This document shows positions 26,790-39,508 of a stretch of 64,000 bases of DNA, piece by piece. The notes below the pieces were generated by a model. The model saw only the letters and a list, made by a program, of their open reading frames with translations, was not told the DNA's origin and ran no database searches. The DNA comes from Octopus vulgaris. Its lineage: Eukaryota. Every line of letters begins with the position of its first letter. The first letter of the stretch is position 1. The translations under genes and the position numbers were made by a program. The stretch spans positions 114,390,001-114,454,000 of the forward strand of contig OX597816.1 in NCBI GenBank assembly GCA_951406725.2, read 5' to 3'.

Positions 26790-27245
26790 CAAAGGCACAA
26801 GTAGGGTTGGGTGGTTAAGTAGCTCACTTTGCAGCCGCAATAATTTTGGGTTTGGTCCCATCGCACAACACCTTGGGTTTGTGCTTGTACTGCAGCCCTA
26901 AACTAACTAATGCTATTTGAGGGTATTTGATCGATAGAAACTGCAAGATGCCCTTTTGTATACATATGCATGTATGTTTAAATGCATGTGTGCATGTGCA
27001 AATATGAATGAATGCATATGAGTGTTGCATTGTGTTCTTGAGCAAAACACTTCATCCCATGTTGCTCAAAAATCACTTTGACACCTGTCATTTGGTATAC
27101 TGCACACCTGCATGAGTAATTTCGATTTGATTGATAGAGTGAGCAAATTTCAGCACATACATTTGACCTCTATAAATAAATCCTTCGTGCAAGTTGTTCA
27201 GCAACAAAATGTGAATGGTCTTTCTCAGACTATGTGAGACTAACA
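26790..27245 (+). mobile_element. Degenerate family A-like SINE head followed by a family C-like body
   Basis: gtggttaagtagctcact...gggtttggtccca...caccttggg, then ttgtgttcttgagcaaaacacttcat. Confidence 0.5.
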
Positions 27246-27583
27246 TCGTCATCATCATCATCATCATATATTCAATACTGTGATTGCTTGAGCAAAGCGA
27301 TGCTGACCTTAACATTATCTCTGAGCATAACGACCAGTGATTTCATGCTTTTGAAGACTTGTAAAGAAATCCCTTTAACTCTTTAGCATTCAGATTTCTT
27401 TGTTAAATATAATGCTTATTTATTCACATTGATAAAGATTTGTCATGCATTACATTGTAGCTTTGAGATTCCAATGATGTGATTGATTATTTTTTGTATA
27501 ATATTATAGGGTATGTATGAGAAGTCAGATCTGACCAGTTTGAAGATAAAACAGGTACATTATTTTGGCTGGACATGGCTAGT

Positions 27584-27996
27584 TTAACCCTTTTGTTACC
27601 ATATTTCTGTTGTGATGCTCTGTGTTCCTTTCAATTAATTTGAAATATAACTAAAGAATTTAGTAAAATAACTTAGTTATCTTTAAGCTAGTCTTAGGAA
27701 CATAAATTGTGACTAAGGTTTGATGGAAGATTTTAATTCTTGGACCTGGAGATTTCCATTTCCAGCGACTTCGAGGACCACCTCCCATTGGTGTTGGGCA
27801 TCAACGAAGAGCCCTCAACTACAACAAGACGACCAAAGTTTTTTTTTTCCAAGGTCTGGGGTCTCCTGCCCCTAAGCCCTAGACCATCACCTAATCACTC
27901 TTACCTGTCTCGTTGCTTAACAACAACAACAACAACAAGACATTTGTACTACAGAGCCAAAGCCGGTTTCAGCCAGATTGGTACTGAAAGGGCTAA
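27584..27996. mobile_element. Inner piggyBac-like TTAA MITE inserted near the right end of the outer one
   Basis: TTAAcccttttgttacc ... ggtactgaaagggCTAA inverted termini at a TTAA site. Confidence 0.7.
27740..27938 (+). mobile_element. GC-richer insert ending in (CAA)n; probable non-LTR retroelement 3' end
   Basis: Abrupt composition shift inside the AT-rich MITE; terminal aacaacaacaacaacaacaa. Confidence 0.45.
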
Positions 27997-29399
27997 ATAC
28001 TAAAGGGTTAAAGAAATCCCTTGTAAGTATGTAAGGGTTGACGACAAGAAGAGGAAGCAGGCAGCCACAAAAGCCTGCATCAGAAAACTCTTTGTGCAAA
28101 TGTATGTTAGCATAGAAAAAGAGACATTAAAGTAATGAACTAACAAAGCGACTTACAATGTAATGTGGGGTTAGATGGTAGTATTTTATGATGTCCTTCC
28201 TAGACAATACTTGACTTTTATGAAGTCATCAGGTAATCCAGGTAATGTAATCTGGTTTGAAAAGACTACACAAATTTCAAACACCTGATTTATGTGATGC
28301 TATCTACTAGCACAGATAGAAAGATAATATTAGCATTTGTTCATAAAGCAGTATTACTGTATATTGTGATAATTATTTATGTGATACCAGTTTCAATGGT
28401 GACTTCACATATTTTTACCTGTGCTGCTTAAGTGACTTTTTTTTCAAGTAGTGCTACCAGCTTCAGTTGTAAGAAGTCCCTGACCCAGTAAAGCATTTTA
28501 ACAATGTCTACAATACAAAAGAATATCGTAAGCTATAACAATGATAAAATGCTTGTAATCTATCTTCTTCACTCGTATTATTTATTTGTGTCTAATAAAG
28601 AAGAGTTGTATCTGTTAACTTTGTGCTGATTTTTCCATAGTAAAACAAACAGCTAGCATCAGATAACATTTTCTTTAAAAATTTTCAGCTTTTTTATCAC
28701 AACCTACAGCAATTACAAAATGGGATTGAAATAACTGTTCTTACTTTTGTACAAGAATTTGTTTTTAAGTGACACCACCAACATATGTGTATATACATAC
28801 ATACATACATACATACATACATACATACATACATACATACATACATACATACATAAATACATAGATACATACATGCATACAGAAAGATAGATAAATAAAT
28901 AATTAAATAAATATATGCATATATATATATATGTATATATATGTGTGTGTGTATATATACATATATATGTACATACACCCACAGATATGTGCAGATGTAT
29001 ATGTATGTCTGTATAAAAAAGCAATGGATTGGTGAATGAAAAGAATGAAGAGAAAAGGAAATTCCATGAACAAAACATAGACTAATTCTAAAACAAAAAT
29101 CGGTAATGTTCTAGCTTGATACAAATATTTATCTTATCCAGGATAATCTCTGATTTAAGGTCTTCAAATTCAAACTTAACCTATTTAGGAAAATGAGGAG
29201 TAAGGGTGGAGCAAAAAACTTTATAAGTAAATCCCCAAGAATAGAGGAAGCTCTTGGAAGACAATTAGTTCATAGGAAAGCCTATACACAGTATTTTGAG
29301 TATACATACAAATACATACATTACAAACATACACACACACACACACACACACATACACACATGTATGTATATATACACACACATACACACGTATATATA

Positions 29400-29522
29400 G
29401 CTGCAGGCACGGATGTGTGATAAGAAGCTTGCTTTCCAATCACATGGTTCTGAGATCATTCTCACTGTGTGGCACCTCGGGCAAGTATCTTCTAGTATAG
29501 TCCCAGGCCACCCAAAGGCTTG
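29400..29522 (+). mobile_element. SINE family A 5' fragment
   Basis: aggcacggatgtgtgataagaagcttgctt...ggcacctcgggcaagtatcttct. Confidence 0.7.
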
Positions 29523-29659
29523 TAATATATAAAGATATTATTAGCAATAAAGAATAATAATGTAAGTGGCTAGTAAGCATAAAATAACCAAAAAGGTAAA
29601 ATTATTAATTTATAAACAGGGTACAAGATAGTACACAGCATTGCTAGAAATAAAAGTCC

Positions 29660-30045
29660 AGTGTGGTAAGTAGCTTGCTAACCAACCACATGGTTCCGGG
29701 TTCAGTCCCACTGTGTGGCATCTTGGGCAAGTATCTTCTGCTATAGCCCCGGGCTGACCAATGCCTTGTGAGTGGATTTGGTAGACGGAAACTGAAAAAA
29801 GCCTGTCGTACATATGTATATATATATATGTATGTATGTGTGTGTGTGTTTGTCCCCCTAGCATTGCTTGACAACTGATGCTGGTGTGTTTACGTCCCCG
29901 TCACTTAGCGGTTCGGCAAAAGAAACAGATAGAATAAGTACTGGGCTTACAAAGAATAAGTCCTGGGGTCGATTTGCTCGACTAAAGGCGGTGCTCCAGC
30001 ATGGCCGCAGTCAAATGACTGAAACAAGTAAAAGAGTAAAGAGTA
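29660..30045 (+). mobile_element. tRNA-derived SINE family A, young near-full copy
   Basis: B-box gggttcagtccc, CpGs retained, 3' end gaaacaagtaaaagagtaaagag; nearly identical to 59765-60180 (-). Confidence 0.9.
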
Positions 30046-30632
30046 ACCACAGTAAATCACTATCTTGTAACCTGATTATATGTATATATATGTGTGTGTG
30101 TGTGTGTGTATGTGTGTGTGTGTGTGTGTATGTGTGTATGTATAAACACACTTCAACTTGACAGGATAGAAAGGAAAAGGAACTAAATAGAGAAGGTTTA
30201 AGGTGTGATATTTGTTGATGGTAGGCCTAGAGACGAAACTTGAAATCAAATTAGTTGGTAAAAAAAAAAAACCCAAAAAAACCTGGCCTGTCAAATTACA
30301 TACTCAAATGATATTAGGTCACAACAGCTTTCAAAGGTGGTATTGCACACTGAGAGCAGATTCTTACACACTCTTAATAGACGAATGAGTGGAGCAAAAA
30401 AAACAAAACAAAACAAAACAAAAAAAAACAAAACAAGCAAGCAGATAAAATGAGATTGAAGTCAACTATCATATATACAGAGCACAAGCACACACATACC
30501 CACAAACCACATAATGAACAACCTACAAACACAGACATATGTAACTGGTCCTTTCTGACTTTCAACTCTCTGACACATTCCCAGGTATTCTCTGTACCAT
30601 GCCACCTATGTCTTGTAGGATGGTATTAGACT

Positions 30633-30784
30633 AATTCCGCCGAGGTCGACTTTGCCTTTCATCCTTTCGGGGTCGATTAAATGAGTACCAGTTACACACT
30701 GGGGTCGATGTAATCGACTTAATCCGTGTGTCTGTCCTTGTTTGTCCCCTCTGTGTTTAGCCCCTTGTGGGTAGTAAAGAAATA
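30633..30784 (+). mobile_element. Young 5'-truncated SINE family B-related insertion with 11-bp TSD
   Basis: ggtattagact at 30622-30632 and 30785-30795; CpG-rich interior. Confidence 0.85.
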
Positions 30785-32180
30785 GGTATTAGACTCATTC
30801 ATTTTCAAACGCCTTACAACCATCCTTATTACTTTCCTACTCTGGACCATTATGAAGGGTATGTATAAGGGGTTGGATTACATCTATTTGTATCCTATAT
30901 ATACTTCTACACCACTTTCTGTGCTGTCGGTTATCATCCCTCTCTCTTATATCACTTGTTATTGACATCTATCACAAGCTTTTACCATTGTACTTTTCAC
31001 TTTCTATCTATCATCACTCTCTCATTCCAGTCACCCCATTTCAAAATTATACTCTTGCTCCCTTCATCTATCCGCCTTCTCTGTTATATTGTCTCGAGTC
31101 AATGAACATATTGGAGTAGAGATGACTCTGTAATCTCAAGGGATACAAAGCAGCCTCTCTAGTTTTGGTGCCATGATAAAATGCACAAATACACTTTGTA
31201 AAGTGATTGGTGACATGTAGTGCATGTGGCTCAAGAAACTATGTCAAAAATGAAATGCATGAGCCTGACAAAGTTTTCCAACCTGTCTAGAAGGTTAACT
31301 ACTTCAAATAAAAATTGCCTGTGGCAACCTATACAACTCATGCCAACATAGAAAGCAGATGGATGATAAATGTATATGAGAATAAGTTACTCTGGCAAAT
31401 TACTTAAATTACTTCATGTAATTCTTTTTTTCACATTAATTTATTTAATAGTTGAAGATTTAAGTACATCTCTTTGTGCAATTCATAAAATAAATATGAT
31501 GGCTTAAAATTCCAGATACAGAGTACTTAACATAGTGGATACAAAAATGGACTTAGGTTTTCATGGTATTATAATCTACGTCACAAAATATTCCAGCTTA
31601 GAAGTTAAAAGTATATCTATATCACCTACTTCTAAACTTTTTCTGCTGCTGACAAAAACTAAACCAATACCGATAGATGAAAATGTAATACTAATAGCTT
31701 TGGTTTAAATACTTCAGTTTCTAAACTTAAAGCCTGACATCTTTACTTTCCCAGACTAGTTCCCAGACTAAGGCCTGAAGTTAACTTTGTCAGACTGAAT
31801 AAAATATCTTTAATATTTCTTCATTAATGCCATATACTCTGCTCCCAGACCAATAAAAAAAAAAAGACCTAATTAGAGGGAATACAACCTTATTTTCTTT
31901 CAACATATTTTCAATGCATATTTTTGTCAACGAGTATTATTAAAAAAAACTCCTTTAAAAATTTAGAAATAAGGAATGGAATTAGGAAAACAACTGATAA
32001 ATATAGTTAAAATAAAATAAAATAGAAACAATTTTAAAATAAATTTAGAAAAAGATAACAGGTTACATATATAACTAAAATAATAAATAAATATTTTTCA
32101 TAAATATAAACTAAACAAAATTTCAAACTTAGAAGTTTAGAATAGAAATTTTGAGTGCCAAGTAATTAGTCTTAAACCAG

Positions 32181-32211
<31 letters not shown>

Positions 32212-33748
32212 GAGAGGGGAGAGAGAGAATAGAGTGTGTGTATGAGAGAGTATAAGTATACACAGGAAAACTGAAATAATTTCAAACAAATCTAATTAAT
32301 TGCATGAAATTGCTCTATAGTAAAATGGTCTTATAATGTCATCATCGGCGAACTTATATAAGGGTTTATCATGGTGCACAGGTTAATAGGATTGATTTTT
32401 AACATAAAATCTGATTATGGAACAGGCCCCTGCCTTAGAGGAGGAAAAGGGGACAAAAATATCAAGCAATGCAATAAGAACAGACAGTCACACACAAACT
32501 TGTGTTCACCTCTCACCAACCATCCTCTTCACTGTTGGTGTGCTTAGTGCTTAACCTCCAAGATGACTTATCCAGTGAAGCACATCAGACAAACAAGCTT
32601 AAAAATGATACTTTTGGGGGTTTTTTTTTATATATATCTTCAAATTTTTATTTTAATGAATAAAAAGAATTCTAGCATGTGAATGTGAATGTGTGTGTGG
32701 CAGTTGATAACTGAAAATGAATACTTTGACCTCTAACAGCAACTTGCAGCAGACAGTTCTACATAAGATGTTACACTGGTAAAAATCAACTGTATGCACT
32801 TTTTAATGTCGAAAGACCTAAAAAACGGTACCACAGTTGAAGGAATTGAACTACGTTTCAGTTGACAAATTTATGGCTTGTCTTAGTTTTAGAATTTTCA
32901 TACTATTTCTCATGTACATTGTTATCTTTCTGTATTCCCCTTCTGTTCTACATACAGATACCTACATACTTCGCCAATTTCTCATACACACATGCATCAG
33001 TATATAAAACACTTACACACAAACACACATAACTACCTTTTTCACATAAATACAGATATACACTCTTATTACACAAGTTCTCTCTCTCTCTCTCTTTTTT
33101 CAGTTTTTTCCCTCATCTCTCTCTCTCTCTTTCCATCCATTTGACATATAAGTGAATATGTGATTCTGTTAAGAATGTTGATGTGAGATTCAAAATTCAA
33201 AATTTCAAAACAAAATAAGACAAAATAACAAAATGCAAACATGTGTCAGTATGTTCACAAGGATCTTTAGTTTTCACCCAATAACCTCTTTGAAATATTG
33301 TTTATTACGTATCTGTCATTGGAGAGAATTGTGAGACTGTACACTGATGTTTTTCCTAAAACTATTAGAAATGGAAGACTAAGTATTTCTAAATGGGAAT
33401 CAAAAACAAATGGCAGACTTGGTACTCTTTTAGTACTTTTTATCAGATCTTCAGAGAGAAACAAAGCAAAAAAAAAAGAAAGAAAAAAGAAGAAAAAAAA
33501 CAAGGAAAATATCATCCCGGAAAGAACATTTTTGTGTCGATTTAGCCTTCATATTAAGTAAATGAACAGCTTATAAAATATTTGAATATTTAGAGTCTGG
33601 CTGTAAGCATTAACTTTGTGCTTGACTGAGGATAGAGGGCTTCAAATGACCCATCCTTGTTTTCTTTGTATCGTCTATCTGGATGTTTTGTTGTCCCTTT
33701 TTTGTATCACCTAGCTGTCCAGATATTTTGTGTTCTTGTCCCATTTTG

Positions 33749-33808
<60 letters not shown>

Positions 33809-33817
33809 ATGTATATA

Positions 33818-33937
33818 GGTATGATGCCATCATGAACTACCTGGTTTACAATATGGGAGACTAGGCCATAGCACACACCACCAGATGTTTTAAGCATCTC
33901 AGATATAATTCCTGATGTGCTGTGGGCTTTTCCTGGC
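33818..33937 (-). mobile_element. Inverted 5' segment of the RTE LINE
   Basis: Minus strand encodes PGKAHSTSGIISEMLKTSGGVCYGLVSHIVNQVVHDGIIP, the KAPGPDG-type segment that normally precedes the + strand RT start. Confidence 0.85.
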
Positions 33938-33938
33938 A

Positions 33939-35830
33939 TAGCAGCACCATAGTCAACTGCTACAAAGGTTAAGGTGATGCTTTAGATAGAAATAACTACA
34001 GGGGTATCAAACTGCTGGATCAAGTGACAAAGGTCATGGAGAGGGTCATAGCCCAACTAATTAGGGAGAGAGTCTGCTTAGATGAGATACAGTTCAGTTT
34101 TGTGCCAGATAGAAGCACCACTGATGCCATATTCTTTGTACGGCAACTGCAGGAGAAATACCTAGCCAAAGATAAAGCCCTAAATTTGGATTTTGTGGAC
34201 TTGGAGAAAGCCTATGATAGGGTCCCTCGATCCCTTATCTGGTGGGTGATGTGGAAAACTGTTGATGAATTGTTAATAAGGGCTGTACAGGCCCTATATG
34301 GAGATGCCGTTAGTAGGGTTAGGATTGGAAATGAGTATACTGAAGAATTCCGGGTAGAAGTAGGGGGTCCACCAAGGATCAGCCTTTAGCCCCTCTTATT
34401 CATCATAGTCCTCCAGACAATAACAGAGGAATTCAAGACAGGTTGCCCCTGGGAGCTCCTCTATCCTGATGACCTGGCCCTTATAGCAGAATCACTACCA
34501 GAACTAGAAAAGAAACTTAAAGTGTGGAAGCAGGGTTTAGAATCGAAGGGTCCTAGAGTCAATGTTGCAAAGACTAAAATTCTAGTAAGTAGGAAGGCAA
34601 ACACATCACACACCCCTTCAGGTAGGTGGCCTTGCTTGATCTGTAGAAAAGGTGTAGGTAGAAACTCCATAAGATGTACCCAGTGTAAGCTATGGGCACA
34701 TAAGAGGTGCAGCAACATCAGAGGAAGATTAACTGGGAAGGTAGCTTTCATGTGCAGCAGATGCACAGGGGTGATAAACACCACAGATGCTCAGAAAACA
34801 TATACCATCACATGCCATGGGGAGAAACCAGAAGTAGTTGATAGCTTCTGTTACTTAGGTGACCAAGTCTGTAGAGGGAGTGGATGCTCAGAGAGTGTTA
34901 CCACTAGAATAAGAATAGCCTTGGCAAAGTTCAGAAAGCTTCTACCCCTAGTGGTGACAAAGGGCCTCTCATTCAGAGTGAAAGGTAGATTGTATGATGC
35001 ATGTGTGTGAACTGCCATGCTTCATGGCATTGAAACATGGGCTGTGACTGCTGAAGACATGCATAGGCTTGAAAGAAATGAAGCTAGCATGATCTGCTGG
35101 ATGTGTAATGTCAGAGTGCACACACTACAGAGTGTAAGCGCCCTGAGAGAAATGATAGACATAAGAAGCATCGGATGTGGCGTGCAAGGGAGACGCTTAC
35201 GTTGGTATGGTCATGTACTGTGGATGGATGAGGAGAGCTGTGTGAAGAAGTGCCATTCTCAAACAGTGGAAGGAATCTGGGTTAGAGGGAGACCCAGGAA
35301 GACATGGGATAAGGTGGTGAGGCATGACCTGTGAACGTTGGGCCTCACAGAAGCAATGACAAAAGACCAAAACCACTGGAGGTATGCTGTGACTGAGAAG
35401 ACCTGACAAATAAAGTGAGTCCACAGCTGTAACCTACACCAGTGTCGCAGAACCAGCCCACTCAAAAAGTACCTTGGATCATAGGGCGACATGCCATGCT
35501 TGAGGAGACTTATTGAGTCAAGTACATCAATATCAAAATCAAATCAAATGGAAATTATAGTTGTGAGCCCCGTGGCAGTAGCAGGTAGAACCATCTGAAC
35601 GTGGTTGATGCCAGTCCCACTTTGACTGGCTCCTATGCTGGTGGCACGTAAAAAGCACCCACTACACTTTCGGAGTGGTTGGCGTTAGGAAGGACATCCA
35701 GCTGTAGAAACACTACTAAATCAGATTGGGGCCTGGTGCAGCCTCCTGGTTTCCTAGACCCCAGTCGAACCGTCCAACTCATGCCAGCATGGAAAACGGA
35801 CGTTAAACGATGATTATCATAATGATGATA
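33939..35830 (+). mobile_element. Decayed RTE-clade LINE (RT + PHD finger + C-terminus + 3' UTR with GAT tail)
   Basis: NYRGIKLL, STTDAIF, FVDLEKAYDRVPR, (HQGSAL)SPLLF, YPDD at 34462-34473, NVAKTK, FCYLG, RRLRWYGHV and RGRPRKTW; frameshift near 34365 and stops at about 33970, 35008 and 35332. Confidence 0.95.
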
Positions 35831-35841
35831 TATATGTATAA

Positions 35842-35876
<35 letters not shown>

Positions 35877-38577
35877 CACACGCACACACACATATTTGGT
35901 TTCAGACTGCATTTTATCAAGGAAACTTTATTTCTAAATTAGCAGATAAGGATATTGGTACAATTACTTTAGAATAAAGGTTGGAAATTTGAATCCAATA
36001 TGGCATTATGTACAAATCCACAGAGAAGACATGATGACAGCTATAAAATCAAACTGACTGAAACATAGTACAAATATAATCTCTAAAAATAAGGTTAATA
36101 GCCTGTAAAATTATTATCATAATAACAAAGGCACTTCTCAGATATTTAATCAAGATTATATATAAAGTAGTAAATATGTTATTATCTAACTCAGATATTT
36201 AATATAAAAGAGTGATCCATCATGATTTTATGCACCAATATTCTTTCCTGAATATTATCTATCATCTGTATAGTCTCTCTTTCTCATTCATTCTCTTTTT
36301 CTCTTTTTCTTTCTTTCTTTCTTTCTTTCTTTATTGCTCTTTCCTCCCCTGCTATAGAACATAAATATGTTTATTTGTATGTACAGCTAAAGATGAATTA
36401 AGCATATGTATAAGAGCAGTTATTTGTAGACTGACAAATACCTGCCTCACCTGTAAAATATTAACAAATTTTTTGTCATTACTCCACCCTCTTTATTTAT
36501 GAGGTAACAAAAGAGACTTTGCATCCATTTAACTCCTTTTTTTTTCTTCACATTGAGTTGGACTAGTTTAAAAAAAGTTTAAAACCATCTTAATTTTATT
36601 AAACACAGCAGTTTGTCTGTTCTCTTTTCAATCCTCACAACCTCCTCACCACACAAAAAACTCTTCAAAAGACTGTAGTTTTTAAATTAATTGATAAATT
36701 TCTGGCAAGAGCAACTGATGTTAGCTATCTGATCTTGCATGCACTCTATAGTTAAGTAGAAACCTTCACTGTATGTAAAACTACTACAGTACTTTTGTAT
36801 AAAAGCTAATCTAAAATAATCACTCTGCTGTTTCAATTTCAAGAAAAGTTTACCTGAGTGATATACCAACTCAGAAACAGATGGATAATTTATGAGTTTA
36901 ATACAATTAAGGAAAAAGTTGCTATGCCAGAAGTAATGATATGATCTTTGATCACTGTCATGTGCATAGTGTATGTGCACATTTATGGAAGTACATATTC
37001 TCTTATTAGTTTGGTTTTAATTTTAGCCATACACTAAAATCAGAGTTTGAAAAAAACTATATAGATTTAACATAAAGTTTTGACCTGTGTAAAATATAGT
37101 TAAAATCAAACATTTTTCCTTTGTACAAAATTTAAATAAAATTGAATTTGTTTTAAAATGCAGTGTAGATATTAAAGAGATGTGCACACTTAATGCAATA
37201 TATAATAATTGCATCATGTATAAAGTAATATATATATATATATATATTTTTTTTAAGGTGATGAAAAAATAAAATAAGCTGTCTTATAAAGATACTAAAA
37301 GAAATCATCAGTTGAGAATTGTTAGCTTAAATACATACTCAAAATTTATATGTCTATCTGTCTATCTACCATTATCTGTATACATAAATATGGGTAATAA
37401 AATTACAAACATTTCTAAAAGTGGTTGTATTTCAAAGAAATATAATTTAAATACATAACTCAAAAATATCTAATTATTCACTTTATTCAAATGAATAATT
37501 ATATATGAATATAAACTTTAAATGAATAAGTTTTCTTCCAGACAAGTTTCATGATATTCATTTTGTAGCTACATGTGTCTAAATGTGAAGCTGTGGTGGT
37601 TTGACATGATTTTAGACAATTTTTTTTTCTGAAAAGTTTCTAATTGATGAGAAGACTTGATGAAAATACCAATATATTTTCTGTAATTAAATTTAAAAAT
37701 ATATTTTAAAAGTTTCACAAATGAGTCATAATAGAGTAGAAATTAAAATTTCCTTGTACCTTAGAAAAAGAATTTCTAAATTTGTACAAAAACTACGCAT
37801 TTATTTTGAAAATGTATTTCAGCAACTTCATTAATTTTGAAAACGAACAAATAAAAAAAAAAAATCGTGACACAAATTTTGTCTTTTTTTTATCTTAAAA
37901 ATCTAACAAACGAAAGTTTGAAAAAATTAAATTTCATTAAATATTTTAGAAGTTATTTTAACTGTAATGATTATCTCCCTTAGTCTGGATCAGGAAACAG
38001 CTGGAAAATGGAAACTTTCAAGTAAAGATAATTAACCATAAAGTTATTGATAGTGTGTGTGCACGCACACACACCAATGCATAAGGCTCATTATATTAAC
38101 ATACATGTATATGTTCTCTCTTTCTCTCTCTCTCATACACACACACACACAGATATCCACCAAATCATCGTTTTCCTACACTTATTTCAAAAGACACTTC
38201 ACCATTTATTTATTTATTTATTTATCATTTGTTGTTTTTAATGTTATTATTAATAGAATGAAAGATTTTTTTTATAATCTTCGTGAGGACAAATTAAATG
38301 TAAAGGTGGATAAATCAGAATTAATTCTAGCAAATTACAAAGGGAAACTAGTTAAAGTAACAAGATATAAAGCAAAGATTTATTTCTTCAAGCAATGTAT
38401 TTGTTTTAATAAAATAAATCATATAAAACTTGTTATTACAAGAAGGATAAGCAACAGGAAAAGTATCCACTTGGAAAATGAATTCCTCAATGAATTCTAG
38501 CTGACCTATGCAAACATGGAAAGGTGGGTAATAAAATGATATTGAGGATGATGAATATATATATATATATATATATA

Positions 38578-38876
38578 ACCATCCGAGCGTGGCCGTCTGC
38601 CAGCCTCGTCTGGCACCTGTGTCGGTGGCACATAAAAAACACCATCCGAGCGTGGCCGTCTGCCAGCCTCGTGTGGCACCTGTGTTGGTAGCACATAAAA
38701 TCACCCACTACACTCTCGGAGTGGTTGGCGTTAGGAAGGGCATCCAGCTGTAGAAACACTGCCAGATCTGACTGGCCTGGTGCAGCCTTCGGGCTTGCCA
38801 GACCCCAGTTGAACCGTCCAACCCATGCTAGCATGGAAAGCGGACGTTAAACGATGATGATGATGATGATGATGAT
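38578..38876 (+). mobile_element. Young RTE 3' UTR copy with a tandem 62-bp subrepeat and (GAT)n tail
   Basis: Matches 35640-35820; accatccgagcgtggccgtctgccagcctcgt occurs twice. Confidence 0.85.
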
Positions 38877-39042
38877 ATATATATATGATAGTAAGCACTT
38901 GGATATAAATACGTAGGTATACATCCAGTAGTATATTGGATATTTATTACCCCTTAGATTGTTGCTTAACCTCTAACTCATACAGACATATATATATACA
39001 TAAATATGTATACACACACACAAATGCATACAAAAATATAAT

Positions 39043-39225
39043 TTGGTTTCTAATTTTAGCACAAGGCCAGCAATTTTGGAGGAGAGCAAGTTGATTATAC
39101 TGACTCCAGTAATCAACTGGTACTTATTATATCTACTCAGAAAAGGATGAAAGGTAAAGTCAGCCTTGGTGGAATTTGAACTCAGAATGTAAAGAAAGAT
39201 TAAATGCCACAAAGCATTTTGCCTC
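39043..39225 (-). mobile_element. SINE family B copy
   Basis: ggtttctaattttagcacaaggccagc...aactggtactta...ggaatttgaactcagaatg...aagcattttgcc. Confidence 0.75.
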
Positions 39226-39463
39226 ACATGCATACATATAACTGATGTACATCTACATATATGCATATATAGATGTATGTATGCTATATATATATGCACA
39301 TCTATATAGTACTTAAATATACATACATACACACATACATATATATATATACATATATATATACAGGCATATAAATACATGCATATACATATATGATATA
39401 TATACATACATATCTACCTATATTCATATATATATATATATATACACACACATATATAAATAC

Positions 39464-39508
<45 letters not shown>

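Larger units (their letters stand above)
27375..28011. mobile_element. Outer piggyBac-like TTAA MITE
   Basis: Ends TTAActctttagcatt (27375) and aatactaaagggTTAA (28011) are inverted repeats. Confidence 0.7.

Noticed and set aside
29660-29720. tRNA-like A/B boxes (also 20341, 48100, 60110)
   Set aside because: SINE heads; no complete cloverleaf or acceptor stem.
31737-31760. gacatctttac resembling the reverse complement of the miR-8 3' end; tgagatcatt (bantam-like) at 12608
   Set aside because: Only 10-11 nt match and no precursor hairpin; no conserved miRNA recognised by eye.
36687-36980. 97-aa minus-strand ORF
   Set aside because: No in-frame acceptor and no recognisable domain; could be UTR.
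38057-38500. 147-aa plus-strand ORF
   Set aside because: Starts in microsatellite, is extremely AT-rich, ends in a repeat tail and has no motif.
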